Shown here: positions 1-9,102 of the stretch, in pieces | Layout: the number at the start of each line of letters is the position of its first letter | Numbering within the stretch: position 1 is the stretch's first letter | DNA from: Cyanobacteria bacterium P01_D01_bin.156 | GTDB lineage: Bacteria > Cyanobacteriota > Cyanobacteriia > Phormidesmidales > Phormidesmidaceae | Assembly (NCBI GenBank): GCA_039024555.1 | Contig: JBCCQQ010000018.1 | Location: forward strand, 37,921-101,920 | Direction of reading: 5' to 3' | DNA: 64,000 nt | Position numbers and translations under genes: made by a program | Notes under the pieces: model-generated | Database searches by the model: none | What the model saw: only the letters and a program-made list of their open reading frames with translations | Told to the model about the DNA's origin: nothing

Positions 1-159
1 CTGCGAAACCACTATGGTTTAACTTTGATGGCCATCAGCAAAGAGAATGCGCTGGATAAATTCGAAATTAATCCGAGTCCGGTGACTCGTCTCAAGGCAG
101 GTTCCCTAATGGTAGTGGTGGGGGCTAATAAAGGAATTGACAAACTTCCAACGGTTTAA
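1..159 (+). CDS. C-terminal fragment of TrkA/KtrA-family potassium uptake protein (TrkA-C domain), runs off left edge
   Basis: Frame 1 reads LRNHYGLTLMAISKENALDKFEINPSPVTRLKAGSLMVVVGANKGIDKLPTV*, typical of the RCK-C tail of cyanobacterial KtrA; stop is 2 nt before anmK. Confidence 0.7.
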   Translation: MRNHYGLTLMAISKENALDKFEINPSPVTRLKAGSLMVVVGANKGIDKLPTV

Positions 160-161
160 CT

Positions 162-1304
162 ATGAAAGTTATTGGCCTGATGAGTGGTACATCTGTTGAT
201 GGTATCGATGCGGCTTTGGTGGATGTTACGGGGACAGGCTATGCAGTTCGGGCTGATGTTATATCGACTCAAACAGTTGATTACCCCCCGGCTTTACGTC
301 AGCGTATTCTAGATGTATGTGCTGGTCAGTCTTTAGCCATGGCTGAAGTGGCTACATTGGATGATGATATTGCGATCGCATTTTCTCAGGCTGCTCATCA
401 GCTTGCCCCCGCTGATTTGATTGCATCTCACGGCCAGACTATCTATCATCGTTCTCCCACGAATTCCCAGTTGGGATATAGTTGGCAGCTGGGTCGAGGC
501 GAGTTGATTGCGCAATTAACTCAAATAGAGACTATTAGTAATTTTCGGCAGGCCGATATTGCGGCAGGAGGCCAGGGTGCACCACTAGTTTCTCCAGTAG
601 ATGCTAGTCTTCTTAGTCATCCTGAGAAACATCGCTGTGTGCAAAATATTGGAGGCATTAGCAATCTCACCTATTTACCCCCGTGGGATCTTACAGGCCA
701 ACCACCATCGGGCATCGTTGGTTGGGATACTGGCCCAGGTAATGCCTTGATTGATTGGGCTGTTAATGTTTTTAGTCAAGGAAGCCTGAGATACGATCAA
801 GATGGCTCATGGGCAGCGAAGGGAACTCCTCATGAGCCGTTAATTGACCATTGGTTAACCGAGTCATTTTTTCATCAGCCACCACCAAAATCCACAGGGC
901 GTGAATTATTTGGTGCAGACTATGGTCATCGCTGTTGGCAGCAAGCTCAGTCCTTAAATCTGAGCCAAGCAGATTTTCTAGCTACCCTAACAGCATTTAC
1001 AGCTGCCACCATTGTTCATAGCTATCGTCAACTGCCTTGCTGTCCAGATGAAATCCTCCTGTGTGGTGGTGGGAGTCGTAATCAATACTTACACTCCCAA
1101 CTACAGCTGCGCTTACCCCAGAGCAAGCTTTTGACGACCGATCATGTGGGACTAGACAGTCAATATAAAGAAGCTATTGCCTTTGCTGTGCTGGGCTATT
1201 GGCGGCGGCAAGAGCAGCCTGGCAATCTTGTGCAAGTTACAGGGGCTAGCCAAAGCTGTTTGCTAGGCCATATGCACCCTGTGCTTAAACATGTGCCCTC
1301 CTAG
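162..1304 (+). CDS. anmK: Anhydro-N-acetylmuramic acid kinase
   Basis: IGLMSGTSVDGIDAAL, SHGQT, GGQGAPL, NIGGISN, DTGPGN, KSTGRE, KEAIAFA motifs. Confidence 0.95.
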   Translation: MKVIGLMSGTSVDGIDAALVDVTGTGYAVRADVISTQTVDYPPALRQRILDVCAGQSLAMAEVATLDDDIAIAFSQAAHQLAPADLIASHGQTIYHRSPTNSQLGYSWQLGRGELIAQLTQIETISNFRQADIAAGGQGAPLVSPVDASLLSHPEKHRCVQNIGGISNLTYLPPWDLTGQPPSGIVGWDTGPGNALIDWAVNVFSQGSLRYDQDGSWAAKGTPHEPLIDHWLTESFFHQPPPKSTGRELFGADYGHRCWQQAQSLNLSQADFLATLTAFTAATIVHSYRQLPCCPDEILLCGGGSRNQYLHSQLQLRLPQSKLLTTDHVGLDSQYKEAIAFAVLGYWRRQEQPGNLVQVTGASQSCLLGHMHPVLKHVPS

Positions 1305-1583
1305 TTTGTCGCTTTAATAAAACCTAAAGGCAACCTAAAGGCGAAAATCTTTGATTCAATTCTCAAATGATTGCTTAGATACCGTGAGTGGCTACAGCTA
1401 TACGTAGGGGCATGTTGCATGTATCTAGCAACCGATCATATTCCAGTACATTACAGTAGCAATACCCCAAGCTCTTCATCTATCCTGTGGAGAGAGTAGT
1501 GCAATATTATTAAGGCCCTGCATAACTCATCCATTTGCTCAGTTCCAGCAGCAGCTACTGTCATAGACCATTAGGGAGAAGAG

Positions 1584-2030
1584 GTGAACCACAGTTTTCT
1601 AATAGAGCCAGGGCGTTGGATCCTTAACGGTAACTGGATAGCACAGGATTTACTTCCGATAACTGTTAAGGGCAAAATCCTAGTTGCCTGGAATAGAACT
1701 GATTGGTTCACTATGGTTACGAAATTGGTCTTCCCTAATGGGGAATTGGATGATGTTGCCCTCCAGTATAAAGGCCGTCTTGCTGTTGGTAACCGTCAGT
1801 ATACCTTTGTGCTACAGCATAGTGTGCTAGGCCGTGTAGAAGGCGAGGGATGGATTGCTCCAGACTCAATTGTTCAGCAATATTGGGCGTTGAAAGATCG
1901 TCAAATGCGTACTGGCTTCGAAACGCTTTATCGTCTTAGTTCTACCAAGTATCACTTTTCTGGAGGTATTATTGCGGGGCATCATTTAACCAGCACTATG
2001 GAAGCAGTTGTCGAACGTTATTCGAGATAA
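1584..2030 (+). CDS. Conserved hypothetical cyanobacterial protein (beta-rich)
   Basis: 148-aa ORF, GTG start preceded by GGAGAAGAG, protein-like composition; no catalytic motif recognised. Confidence 0.75.
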   Translation: MNHSFLIEPGRWILNGNWIAQDLLPITVKGKILVAWNRTDWFTMVTKLVFPNGELDDVALQYKGRLAVGNRQYTFVLQHSVLGRVEGEGWIAPDSIVQQYWALKDRQMRTGFETLYRLSSTKYHFSGGIIAGHHLTSTMEAVVERYSR

Positions 2031-2237
2031 GCGATTAGAACGCCCTCTTTGTCTAGCCCTTAACCTTAGAGAGTGATGGCTGCTTCAATATTACAAATCT
2101 CTTGAATCGATTTCGTACGTTAGCATAGGGCATTAATCGAACCTGTACTTTACGGAATAGACTTCTGCTATAGCCAGCAAACAATTCTCCCCATTACATC
2201 TACTACCTGATTTAATTTTGTAGAATCGCAGTGTTAC

Positions 2238-3764
2238 ATGCCAGACAACTATTTCGGTCGTAAACTTGCTAATCGCTACGAACTCATGGAGTCCATCGGT
2301 CAAGGTTCCATGGGGAAAGTTTACCTAGCCGAAGACATGTTGCTTGGAGGTGTGCGAGTTGCGGTCAAGTTTCTCGCTCAAACGTTGCTCAATGAGCAAA
2401 TGACTCAGCGTTTCATGCGAGAAGCGATGACCTGTGCTCAGCTCGGGAATAACAGTATCAATGTGGTCAGAGTAACAGACTACGGTGTTACGGATGACGA
2501 AATTCCCTTCTACGTTATGGAGTACCTGAAGGGGCAAAATCTAGGACAAATTCTTCATCCTCATCCGTTGCCGCTAGTGAGGTTTCTGGATTTTACTCGG
2601 CAAATTTGTCTAGGTTTAGAAACGGCTCACAAGGGGATTGTCCTCAACGGTCAAGTGATTCCCATCATTCATCGGGACATTAAACCCAGCAATATTTTAG
2701 TTACCCACAGCACTAGCGTGGGAGAACTCGTGAAAATTCTGGATTTTGGCATTGCCAAATTTATGCAAGCTGATAATGGTGAGCAAACCAGCAGCTTTAT
2801 GGGGACGTTAGCCTACGCGTCTCCCGAGCAAATGGAGGGTTTAGAACTCGATAGGCGCTCTGATATTTACAGTCTGGGAGTAATGATGTATCAGATGCTC
2901 ACAGGGCGTTTACCGTTTCGGCCTAGTAATAATACATTTGGTGGCTGGTATAAATCTCATCGTTCCCAGGAACCTGCGCCGTTGGATGGTTTAACCTACA
3001 GCACGTTACCTAAATTGCTCAAGGATACGGTAATGGCTTGTCTGGCTAAGGATCGGGTTCAGCGTCCAGACACGATTAGTCAGCTTCTTGAGCATTTGGC
3101 CCCCCTAGAAACTCGTTTGGGACCTTCTATTGAGATCAGTAAACACATTCGCAGTACGTTAAGAGATACGCCAGTTAAGTCTAAGGCTGATGAAACCGAG
3201 CTGCCTACGGGGTCTGAGGAAGATCGGTTTTGTCGACTACAAATTTGGCCGCAGGATGCTCCTGTTGCAGAAATTGTGTTTCCAAAGCTGTTGTCAATGA
3301 GTACTTGCCAATTGCCAACACTCTGGGCGATGTTGAGCTCCCTAGAAATTGAGCAGCGGATTAAAAATACAAGTGCCAACAATTTTTTGTGTGTGCGTAA
3401 TCCCTATCCAATGGTCCTATGGTTAACGGCGTTTTACAGTAAAACCCAGGGTGCTCGTTGGCTGTCAAGTTATCTGGATCTTAAAAATTCTGGTACTCAA
3501 AAGTTTCTATGGTGTTTGGGGGATGCAGGATTTTATCGAATACTTTTTTTTGCTAAGGAAACTCCAAACCAATTTGTAAATTTCAGGCGACTGAATATTG
3601 CTGCTCCCCAACAAAAGCTTTTGAAAGAATGGGTGCTGATGGCACGCAACATTATGCCCATTGGTAACGCGCAGGATAGCAAAAACATCCTTAAAAAAGA
3701 GCTTAATGAAAATTTGAAGCCCAGAATGATGTTAAGTTTTGAAGCAATGCATTCTTCGCCATAG
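2238..3764 (+). CDS. Hanks-type Ser/Thr protein kinase, SpkA-like
   Basis: GQGSMGKVY, VAVK, HRDIKPSN, DFG, YASPEQ, SDIYSLG motifs; cyanobacteria-type C-terminal extension. Confidence 0.9.
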   Translation: MPDNYFGRKLANRYELMESIGQGSMGKVYLAEDMLLGGVRVAVKFLAQTLLNEQMTQRFMREAMTCAQLGNNSINVVRVTDYGVTDDEIPFYVMEYLKGQNLGQILHPHPLPLVRFLDFTRQICLGLETAHKGIVLNGQVIPIIHRDIKPSNILVTHSTSVGELVKILDFGIAKFMQADNGEQTSSFMGTLAYASPEQMEGLELDRRSDIYSLGVMMYQMLTGRLPFRPSNNTFGGWYKSHRSQEPAPLDGLTYSTLPKLLKDTVMACLAKDRVQRPDTISQLLEHLAPLETRLGPSIEISKHIRSTLRDTPVKSKADETELPTGSEEDRFCRLQIWPQDAPVAEIVFPKLLSMSTCQLPTLWAMLSSLEIEQRIKNTSANNFLCVRNPYPMVLWLTAFYSKTQGARWLSSYLDLKNSGTQKFLWCLGDAGFYRILFFAKETPNQFVNFRRLNIAAPQQKLLKEWVLMARNIMPIGNAQDSKNILKKELNENLKPRMMLSFEAMHSSP

Positions 3765-3795
3765 CTCATGGTTAGGTCCAGTAATCACCGCCGCA

Positions 3796-4665
3796 TTAAT
3801 TTGAGCTAGGAAAGTGAATAACTGGGTGCCAACTTGAGCGCAGTAAAGCACTGGCAAAGCTCGGTATAGACCATTGAAGGATTCCTTTGGACTTACCAGA
3901 GGAAATTGCGATCGCAGAAATATCATTGCTCTCGGCTGATTTAAGCACTTCCGGCTGTGGATCGCCTTGTCGAATTTCCGTAAATACTTCGATACCTACT
4001 GACTCTAGTTCAGCCTTAGCCTGCGCTAACGAGTTGTTGATTGTTTCTTCTGAATCCCGTAGCTCCACACGAATACACTCATCAATCACCCAACACAGAG
4101 TACATTGCCGGGGAGAGTGATTGCCTTGAGCAGCTGCTTTGATTTGTGAAACTAAGTGCTGTGCACTGTCACTACCATCAAAAGGTACTAGCAGATGGTC
4201 GAACAACGTTTGGCAGCGTAATGCTAATTCTTGTGTCCGGTATGTAGACACTAATTGTGGTCGTAATATTACCAGGGGAATCCTGAGTTTTTGGGCGATT
4301 CCCATAGTGGTACTACCAAAAATCTTTTCGGTTAGTAGTGAGCGAGTGGGGGTCCCTAAAATTAATACGTCTGCGCTATGGCAACGAGCGACCTTATCGA
4401 TGTTGTCGATGACTCGTCCAGAGCGTACATCGACTACTGCAGATTTTCCATTGGGAAGACTAGCATTCTTGGCCTTTCCCAATATTTCTTCTGCTTCTAC
4501 GATCTCAGTTTCATCTATCTTAGGTATTTCACGCTCAGTTGTAATCGAGACATTATGAAAGAACACCACTCGATCTAGGCCAGATTGAACCAAATCAGGC
4601 ACAAAGCTTACCAGCCGTTGAAGGCTGTCATTAAGGTCAGTACAAACCAGTGCACACTTAAACAT
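3796..4665 (-). CDS. Tandem universal stress protein (2 USP domains)
   Basis: LVCTD...IFGSTT and LLVPFDGS...RQGDP...WHPVI USP signatures. Confidence 0.85.
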   Translation of the reverse strand: MFKCALVCTDLNDSLQRLVSFVPDLVQSGLDRVVFFHNVSITTEREIPKIDETEIVEAEEILGKAKNASLPNGKSAVVDVRSGRVIDNIDKVARCHSADVLILGTPTRSLLTEKIFGSTTMGIAQKLRIPLVILRPQLVSTYRTQELALRCQTLFDHLLVPFDGSDSAQHLVSQIKAAAQGNHSPRQCTLCWVIDECIRVELRDSEETINNSLAQAKAELESVGIEVFTEIRQGDPQPEVLKSAESNDISAIAISSGKSKGILQWSIPSFASALLRSSWHPVIHFPSSN

Positions 4666-4742
4666 TTAGCACGATTCTCCTGTCACACGCTGGCCCGCAA
4701 TAGCTTAGGCCGACTGGTTATTATCGGTAGCCAAAAAACAAG

Positions 4743-5489
4743 CTAACTCTGAAAGGCTACCACCACGACCGTTATATTATCGCGCCCGCCACGCTGTTTT
4801 GCTGCATCTACCAAAGATTCAGCTGCTATTGGACAGGAACGGATAGATTTTAAATGGGTCGCTATCAACGGATCCGATAGTTCCTCTGTCAAACCATCGC
4901 TGCACAGTAACAAGCGATCTCCCCCCAGTATGTCCAGGGATTGAATATCAATTCTGTTAAGATCCTCGCGACCTAAACATTGGGATAGCACATGGCGCCA
5001 GGGATGATGTTTAGATTCGTCTACCGTGAGTTCACCCTCTTCAATGGCTTTGGCTACCCAGGTATGGTCAGTCGTGATTTGTTCAAGTTGTGCTCCCCTT
5101 AAGCGATAAAGACGAGAATCACCAACGTGGGCACACCAGGGCTCGTGTTCTGGTCCCCAAAACATGACAGCGACGGCTGTTGTGCCCATATCTGCTCGCT
5201 CAGGATGGCTATATTGATCCTTGAGGATTGCATCATTAGCCGCAATAAAGGCTTTACGAAGCATGATATCGGGGGGCTCTGAGCTATCCCAGTGGTTATC
5301 TAAATACTGATGAATTGCTTCGGTCGCCAGTCGACTGGCTTCTTGCCCCCCTGCGTGTCCTCCCATACCATCAGCAACTACAAAAAAGCGGCCTAAATCA
5401 TCCAGGTAATAGGCATCTTGATTACTTGCTCGAAGTAATCCTGGATCAGTTAAACCAGCAAAGAGGTGTTGCATAAAGTACTTGGGCAT
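4743..5489 (-). CDS. pphA: PP2C/PPM-type Ser/Thr phosphatase (PphA-like)
   Basis: [36 protein letters not shown]; lies downstream of the ABC1 kinase as in Synechocystis sll1770-sll1771. Confidence 0.85.
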   Translation of the reverse strand: MPKYFMQHLFAGLTDPGLLRASNQDAYYLDDLGRFFVVADGMGGHAGGQEASRLATEAIHQYLDNHWDSSEPPDIMLRKAFIAANDAILKDQYSHPERADMGTTAVAVMFWGPEHEPWCAHVGDSRLYRLRGAQLEQITTDHTWVAKAIEEGELTVDESKHHPWRHVLSQCLGREDLNRIDIQSLDILGGDRLLLCSDGLTEELSDPLIATHLKSIRSCPIAAESLVDAAKQRGGRDNITVVVVAFQS

Positions 5490-5604
5490 AAAACTTAAAG
5501 AGAGTGCCGTTCCTTGACGAGGGTTTTTAACCCGATGTTATTCAATTCCGCAGAATTGATAGGTTAAATAATCCTCTCAACCATTAAGGTGTACCACAAG
5601 GAAA

Positions 5605-7449
5605 CTAAGGCAAACGATCAGCGCGACTCAGCCGCATTAAAGCACGAATTAATGCTACTCCTGATGCGATTGCAGGCAATATCATCCCCAACGCAAACCA
5701 GGGCAATTGACTGATCAACAATAAAGTGGCTGACAGGGTAAATGTGCCCAGGAGCAACGTATAGTTGGTCATCAAATTGACACTGCTGAGGCGACGAATG
5801 GCACGGTCTGTTTCAATCGAGCGGACTCGCACCCGAATGTCGCCCCGGTCTAAGCGATCTAAAGAATCTTCAATCCTGCGGGGTAGGCCAAATGCTGAAC
5901 TACCAACCTGCGCAGCTTGGCGGCCAATTTCGCCGATAATCCCATTAGCAGAGGATGAATTAGAAACGTTAGTCATAAGCTCATTAGCAAACGGTTTTGC
6001 AGCCTCCATAAAATTGAATTCCGGGTCCAAGCCTTTACCTACACCTTCTAGCGTAGAAAACGCTCGCATCACAAAGGTAAACGTTGCGGGAAATCGAAAG
6101 GGCTGATCATAAGCAACTGCATATAAATCATCACTAATGGCAGTAATGGACTGCTGCTCAAAGGGCTTGTCCATAAAATTGTCCAGAATATACTGGATAG
6201 AACGGCGTACCGGCCCCATATCTTCAGTTTCTGCCAGTGCCCCCAACTCAATCAACGAGTTCATCACTAAGCCAGCGTCCCGTTGGGCTACTCCCATAAA
6301 GGTACGCATCAATCCATCGCGGGTAATGGGCTTAATTTCACCCATCATGCCAAAATCATAAAAAATCAAAGCACCATCAGGGTTGACCGCAATATTACCG
6401 GGGTGGGGATCGGCATGGAAAAATCCATCATTGAGTAACTGATGTAAATACGCTTGAGCTCCTAATTGAGCCAATCGTTTTCTATCTAAACCTGCAGCCT
6501 CTAGCGACTCATAGTGGCTGATTTTAATACCTGGCAAGTATTCGAGTGTCAGGACACGCTTGGATGCGTAGCGCCAATAAATGCGGGGAGCTTTAACCCA
6601 ATCAAGGTCACGAAAATTCCGTCGAAATGTATCGGCATTACGTCCTTCGTGAAGGAAATCAATTTCTAGCCACAGAATACGGCAGCATTCTTCATAAATA
6701 CCTATCCAGTCCCGCCCCTTACCCCATTCAGGATGGCTTTGAAAATAATAAGCAATCCCCTTAAGAATGGATAAGTCAATCTGAAATAGCTGCTGTAGTT
6801 GAGGTCGCTGAATTTTTACAACGACTTCATCCCCAGAATGAAGCTGGGCTCGGTGCACTTGCCCCAAACTGGCTGCTGCTAGGGGTATGGGGTCAAAGCT
6901 CTTGTACAACTCCTCAACAGGACGCCCCAAGTCTGCTTCAATGGTCGATTTGACCTGTTCGTAACTAAAGGCAGGTACCTGATCCTGCAATTTTGAAAGC
7001 TCCTCTACGTACTCAACCGGAAAAAGATCTGAGCGGGTTGAGAAGAGCTGACCCAGTTTGATAAAGGTTGGTCCTAAATTTAAAAAGGTCTGCCGGATCC
7101 AACGGGCTTGGACTCGGCGACGAGCTGCTTGCTTGTCGGCGGACATACCACCGGAGTAGCTCCAGGATTTTCCATAGAGCCAGCGTTTTCCCAGGAAGGT
7201 TAAAAAAAACGACCAGATGTCAATAAAGCGCTCTGGACGACTATATCGTCGATTCCATCGATATCGTTTCTCTTCAGACAGAGTGGGTAACTGTTTCTCA
7301 AGTAGAGCAGTATCCCTAGGGATCGTATCTGATTGACTCACCTCCATAATGGTGGAGATATCACGATGACCATTATGATTACCGGACGAATGTTCTGATA
7401 AACGTTCGTCCGGTGACATTGGATCAGTTGTATTGGGAACTGTAGACAC
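5605..7449 (-). CDS. ABC1/UbiB (AarF) atypical kinase
   Basis: LGPTFIKLGQ, AAASLGQVH, VVVKIQRP, GFFHADPHPGN, DFGM; C-terminal TM helices. Confidence 0.92.
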   Translation of the reverse strand: MSTVPNTTDPMSPDERLSEHSSGNHNGHRDISTIMEVSQSDTIPRDTALLEKQLPTLSEEKRYRWNRRYSRPERFIDIWSFFLTFLGKRWLYGKSWSYSGGMSADKQAARRRVQARWIRQTFLNLGPTFIKLGQLFSTRSDLFPVEYVEELSKLQDQVPAFSYEQVKSTIEADLGRPVEELYKSFDPIPLAAASLGQVHRAQLHSGDEVVVKIQRPQLQQLFQIDLSILKGIAYYFQSHPEWGKGRDWIGIYEECCRILWLEIDFLHEGRNADTFRRNFRDLDWVKAPRIYWRYASKRVLTLEYLPGIKISHYESLEAAGLDRKRLAQLGAQAYLHQLLNDGFFHADPHPGNIAVNPDGALIFYDFGMMGEIKPITRDGLMRTFMGVAQRDAGLVMNSLIELGALAETEDMGPVRRSIQYILDNFMDKPFEQQSITAISDDLYAVAYDQPFRFPATFTFVMRAFSTLEGVGKGLDPEFNFMEAAKPFANELMTNVSNSSSANGIIGEIGRQAAQVGSSAFGLPRRIEDSLDRLDRGDIRVRVRSIETDRAIRRLSSVNLMTNYTLLLGTFTLSATLLLISQLPWFALGMILPAIASGVALIRALMRLSRADRLP

Positions 7450-7628
7450 GCAGTCTCCTGAATGGCCAACGGCAAAAATTAGTCGAAAAAATCTTTGTCA
7501 ATTTAACTAGAACCTACTCTGAACCACCTATACACCTTTAAGGTTCCGGTCTGGTTTGTCACCTGCCGAATGTTGAAATATAGCTGGGCTCAGCGCTTCC
7601 AAGCTTTCTCTAGATAACCAATAACGGC

Positions 7629-7931
7629 TCATGATGAGCGATATTGCTGTAGAGCAACTCGTACCTGAGCAATTTCTGCCCTCAGGTTATCAATCGTAGC
7701 CTGTAAATCTTCCCCTGAGTCAGAGTCAGACACTGTGGAGGCCATATCTACTTGGGATGACTGAGCTTGCTCAAAAACATCTTCAACAAATCGATGAAGC
7801 AAGTCCCTTTGTTCAGCATCAAAGCGACCGACACTGCTCATACCAGATGTAAAGGCTTCTTCTACTTTTTCACCAATAGCTGTTGCTAAGGCTCGCCCCA
7901 GAAAGAACGCTTGCAGCGTTGGATTGCTCAT
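7629..7931 (-). CDS. Small conserved cyanobacterial protein (sll1769/DUF6825-like)
   Basis: AFFLGRALA...GRFDAEQR...DLQATIDNLRAEIAQVR; sits upstream of the ABC1 kinase; start placed at MSNPTL. Confidence 0.75.
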   Translation of the reverse strand: MSNPTLQAFFLGRALATAIGEKVEEAFTSGMSSVGRFDAEQRDLLHRFVEDVFEQAQSSQVDMASTVSDSDSGEDLQATIDNLRAEIAQVRVALQQYRSS

Positions 7932-8044
7932 GGATTTTTTACGCATACCTAAGCGACATTATACCCATGGTTGAAGTCGAGCTGGGCGCAAATCGATGAT
8001 TACATCAGATATTTTTTGTAGGCGCTATCTAATGAATCCCTAAT

Positions 8045-8758
8045 CTAATCTGACAAATCTTCAGGTTCAGAAGGCCAATCCTCCGTAGACGATGTTATGT
8101 TTTCACTGTCCGTAAAAACGGTAGAGCGTGGTTGTTTCTGAAACCACTGTTGAGGCTCCTTTTGGTTGTCCTGGGTCGGTAAGGATAGTTGGTTCTCTGG
8201 AATGAATTCTCTTATCGGTATATCGCCAAATTCTTCAACATCAGGCTGGCTACTATCAGAGGGTAAAATTTCGTCTGCTACAGGAGTGGCACTAAGGTTA
8301 TTGTCATGATCATTGTGCTCTCTCAAAGTAGTGGTTATCGGTGCCGTCTGAGGTCTAAAACCCTCTACTTCAACGTTGCCCGAAGTGTAGTTTTCATCAG
8401 AAAAGGCGTCAAAGCTTGCCTCAGTTGAACTGGGGAGCTCCCGATAAACCAACTGAGGCACTTCAGATTCCTCCTCTGCCCAGAGGGTATCGAAGTCTCC
8501 GTACCCAGACGTTAGGGGAATTGCAGGAGGCCACTCTGCGAGGGGAGGAAAATCTTGTTGAGGCTGAAATAGAGGGGTACTTTTCCCAACTGCTGCCATA
8601 TGAAACCGCATGGTACTGCCTAGAACCACACCCACACAGCTGGCAAGTGCTGCTGTTGCCAGCAGACTAACTAAGCGCTGTTTAGCTCCTCTGCCACGCT
8701 GTGACGTTGAGTCCCTGGATATTGAGCTACTGAGATGTGGCGGTATCATCTGAGACAT
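8045..8758 (-). CDS. Hypothetical protein: one N-terminal TM helix plus acidic low-complexity tail
   Basis: 237-aa ORF, hydrophobic segment LVSLLATAALASCVGVVLG, then a Pro/Glu/Asp/Ser-rich tail. Confidence 0.65.
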   Translation of the reverse strand: MSQMIPPHLSSSISRDSTSQRGRGAKQRLVSLLATAALASCVGVVLGSTMRFHMAAVGKSTPLFQPQQDFPPLAEWPPAIPLTSGYGDFDTLWAEEESEVPQLVYRELPSSTEASFDAFSDENYTSGNVEVEGFRPQTAPITTTLREHNDHDNNLSATPVADEILPSDSSQPDVEEFGDIPIREFIPENQLSLPTQDNQKEPQQWFQKQPRSTVFTDSENITSSTEDWPSEPEDLSD

Positions 8759-9102
8759 ATGAACACCAAGAGACTAGAATTAAGGAACAGCACGGAGTAG
8801 CTATTAACAGCATACGTTAGCTACAGGAATAATGATGTTCCTGCTCACACTATTGAAGTAGGTATAGGGTAGGACGCAATTTAATATTTCCTCAATGTCT
8901 CACTTTAGAGATAGCCGCGGATAAATGGCAATAGTACCCATGAGTATCTTTTAGTATTAGTTGTATGTATAGTCTGCTCAATAAGGGTTTTAGAGTATTG
9001 GGGAATTATTCTTAGGCGTTTGGTTGTCAGGCATAGGTGTTGGTTGGCCTGGTGAGAAAGGCCGCCCTCTATGGTCAAATCCAAGTCATTCATTAGTGAA
9101 TT

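Noticed and set aside
1404..1428. Degenerate GTAG REP (GTAGGGGCATGTTGCATGTATCTAG)
   Set aside because: Right arm too decayed to support a call.
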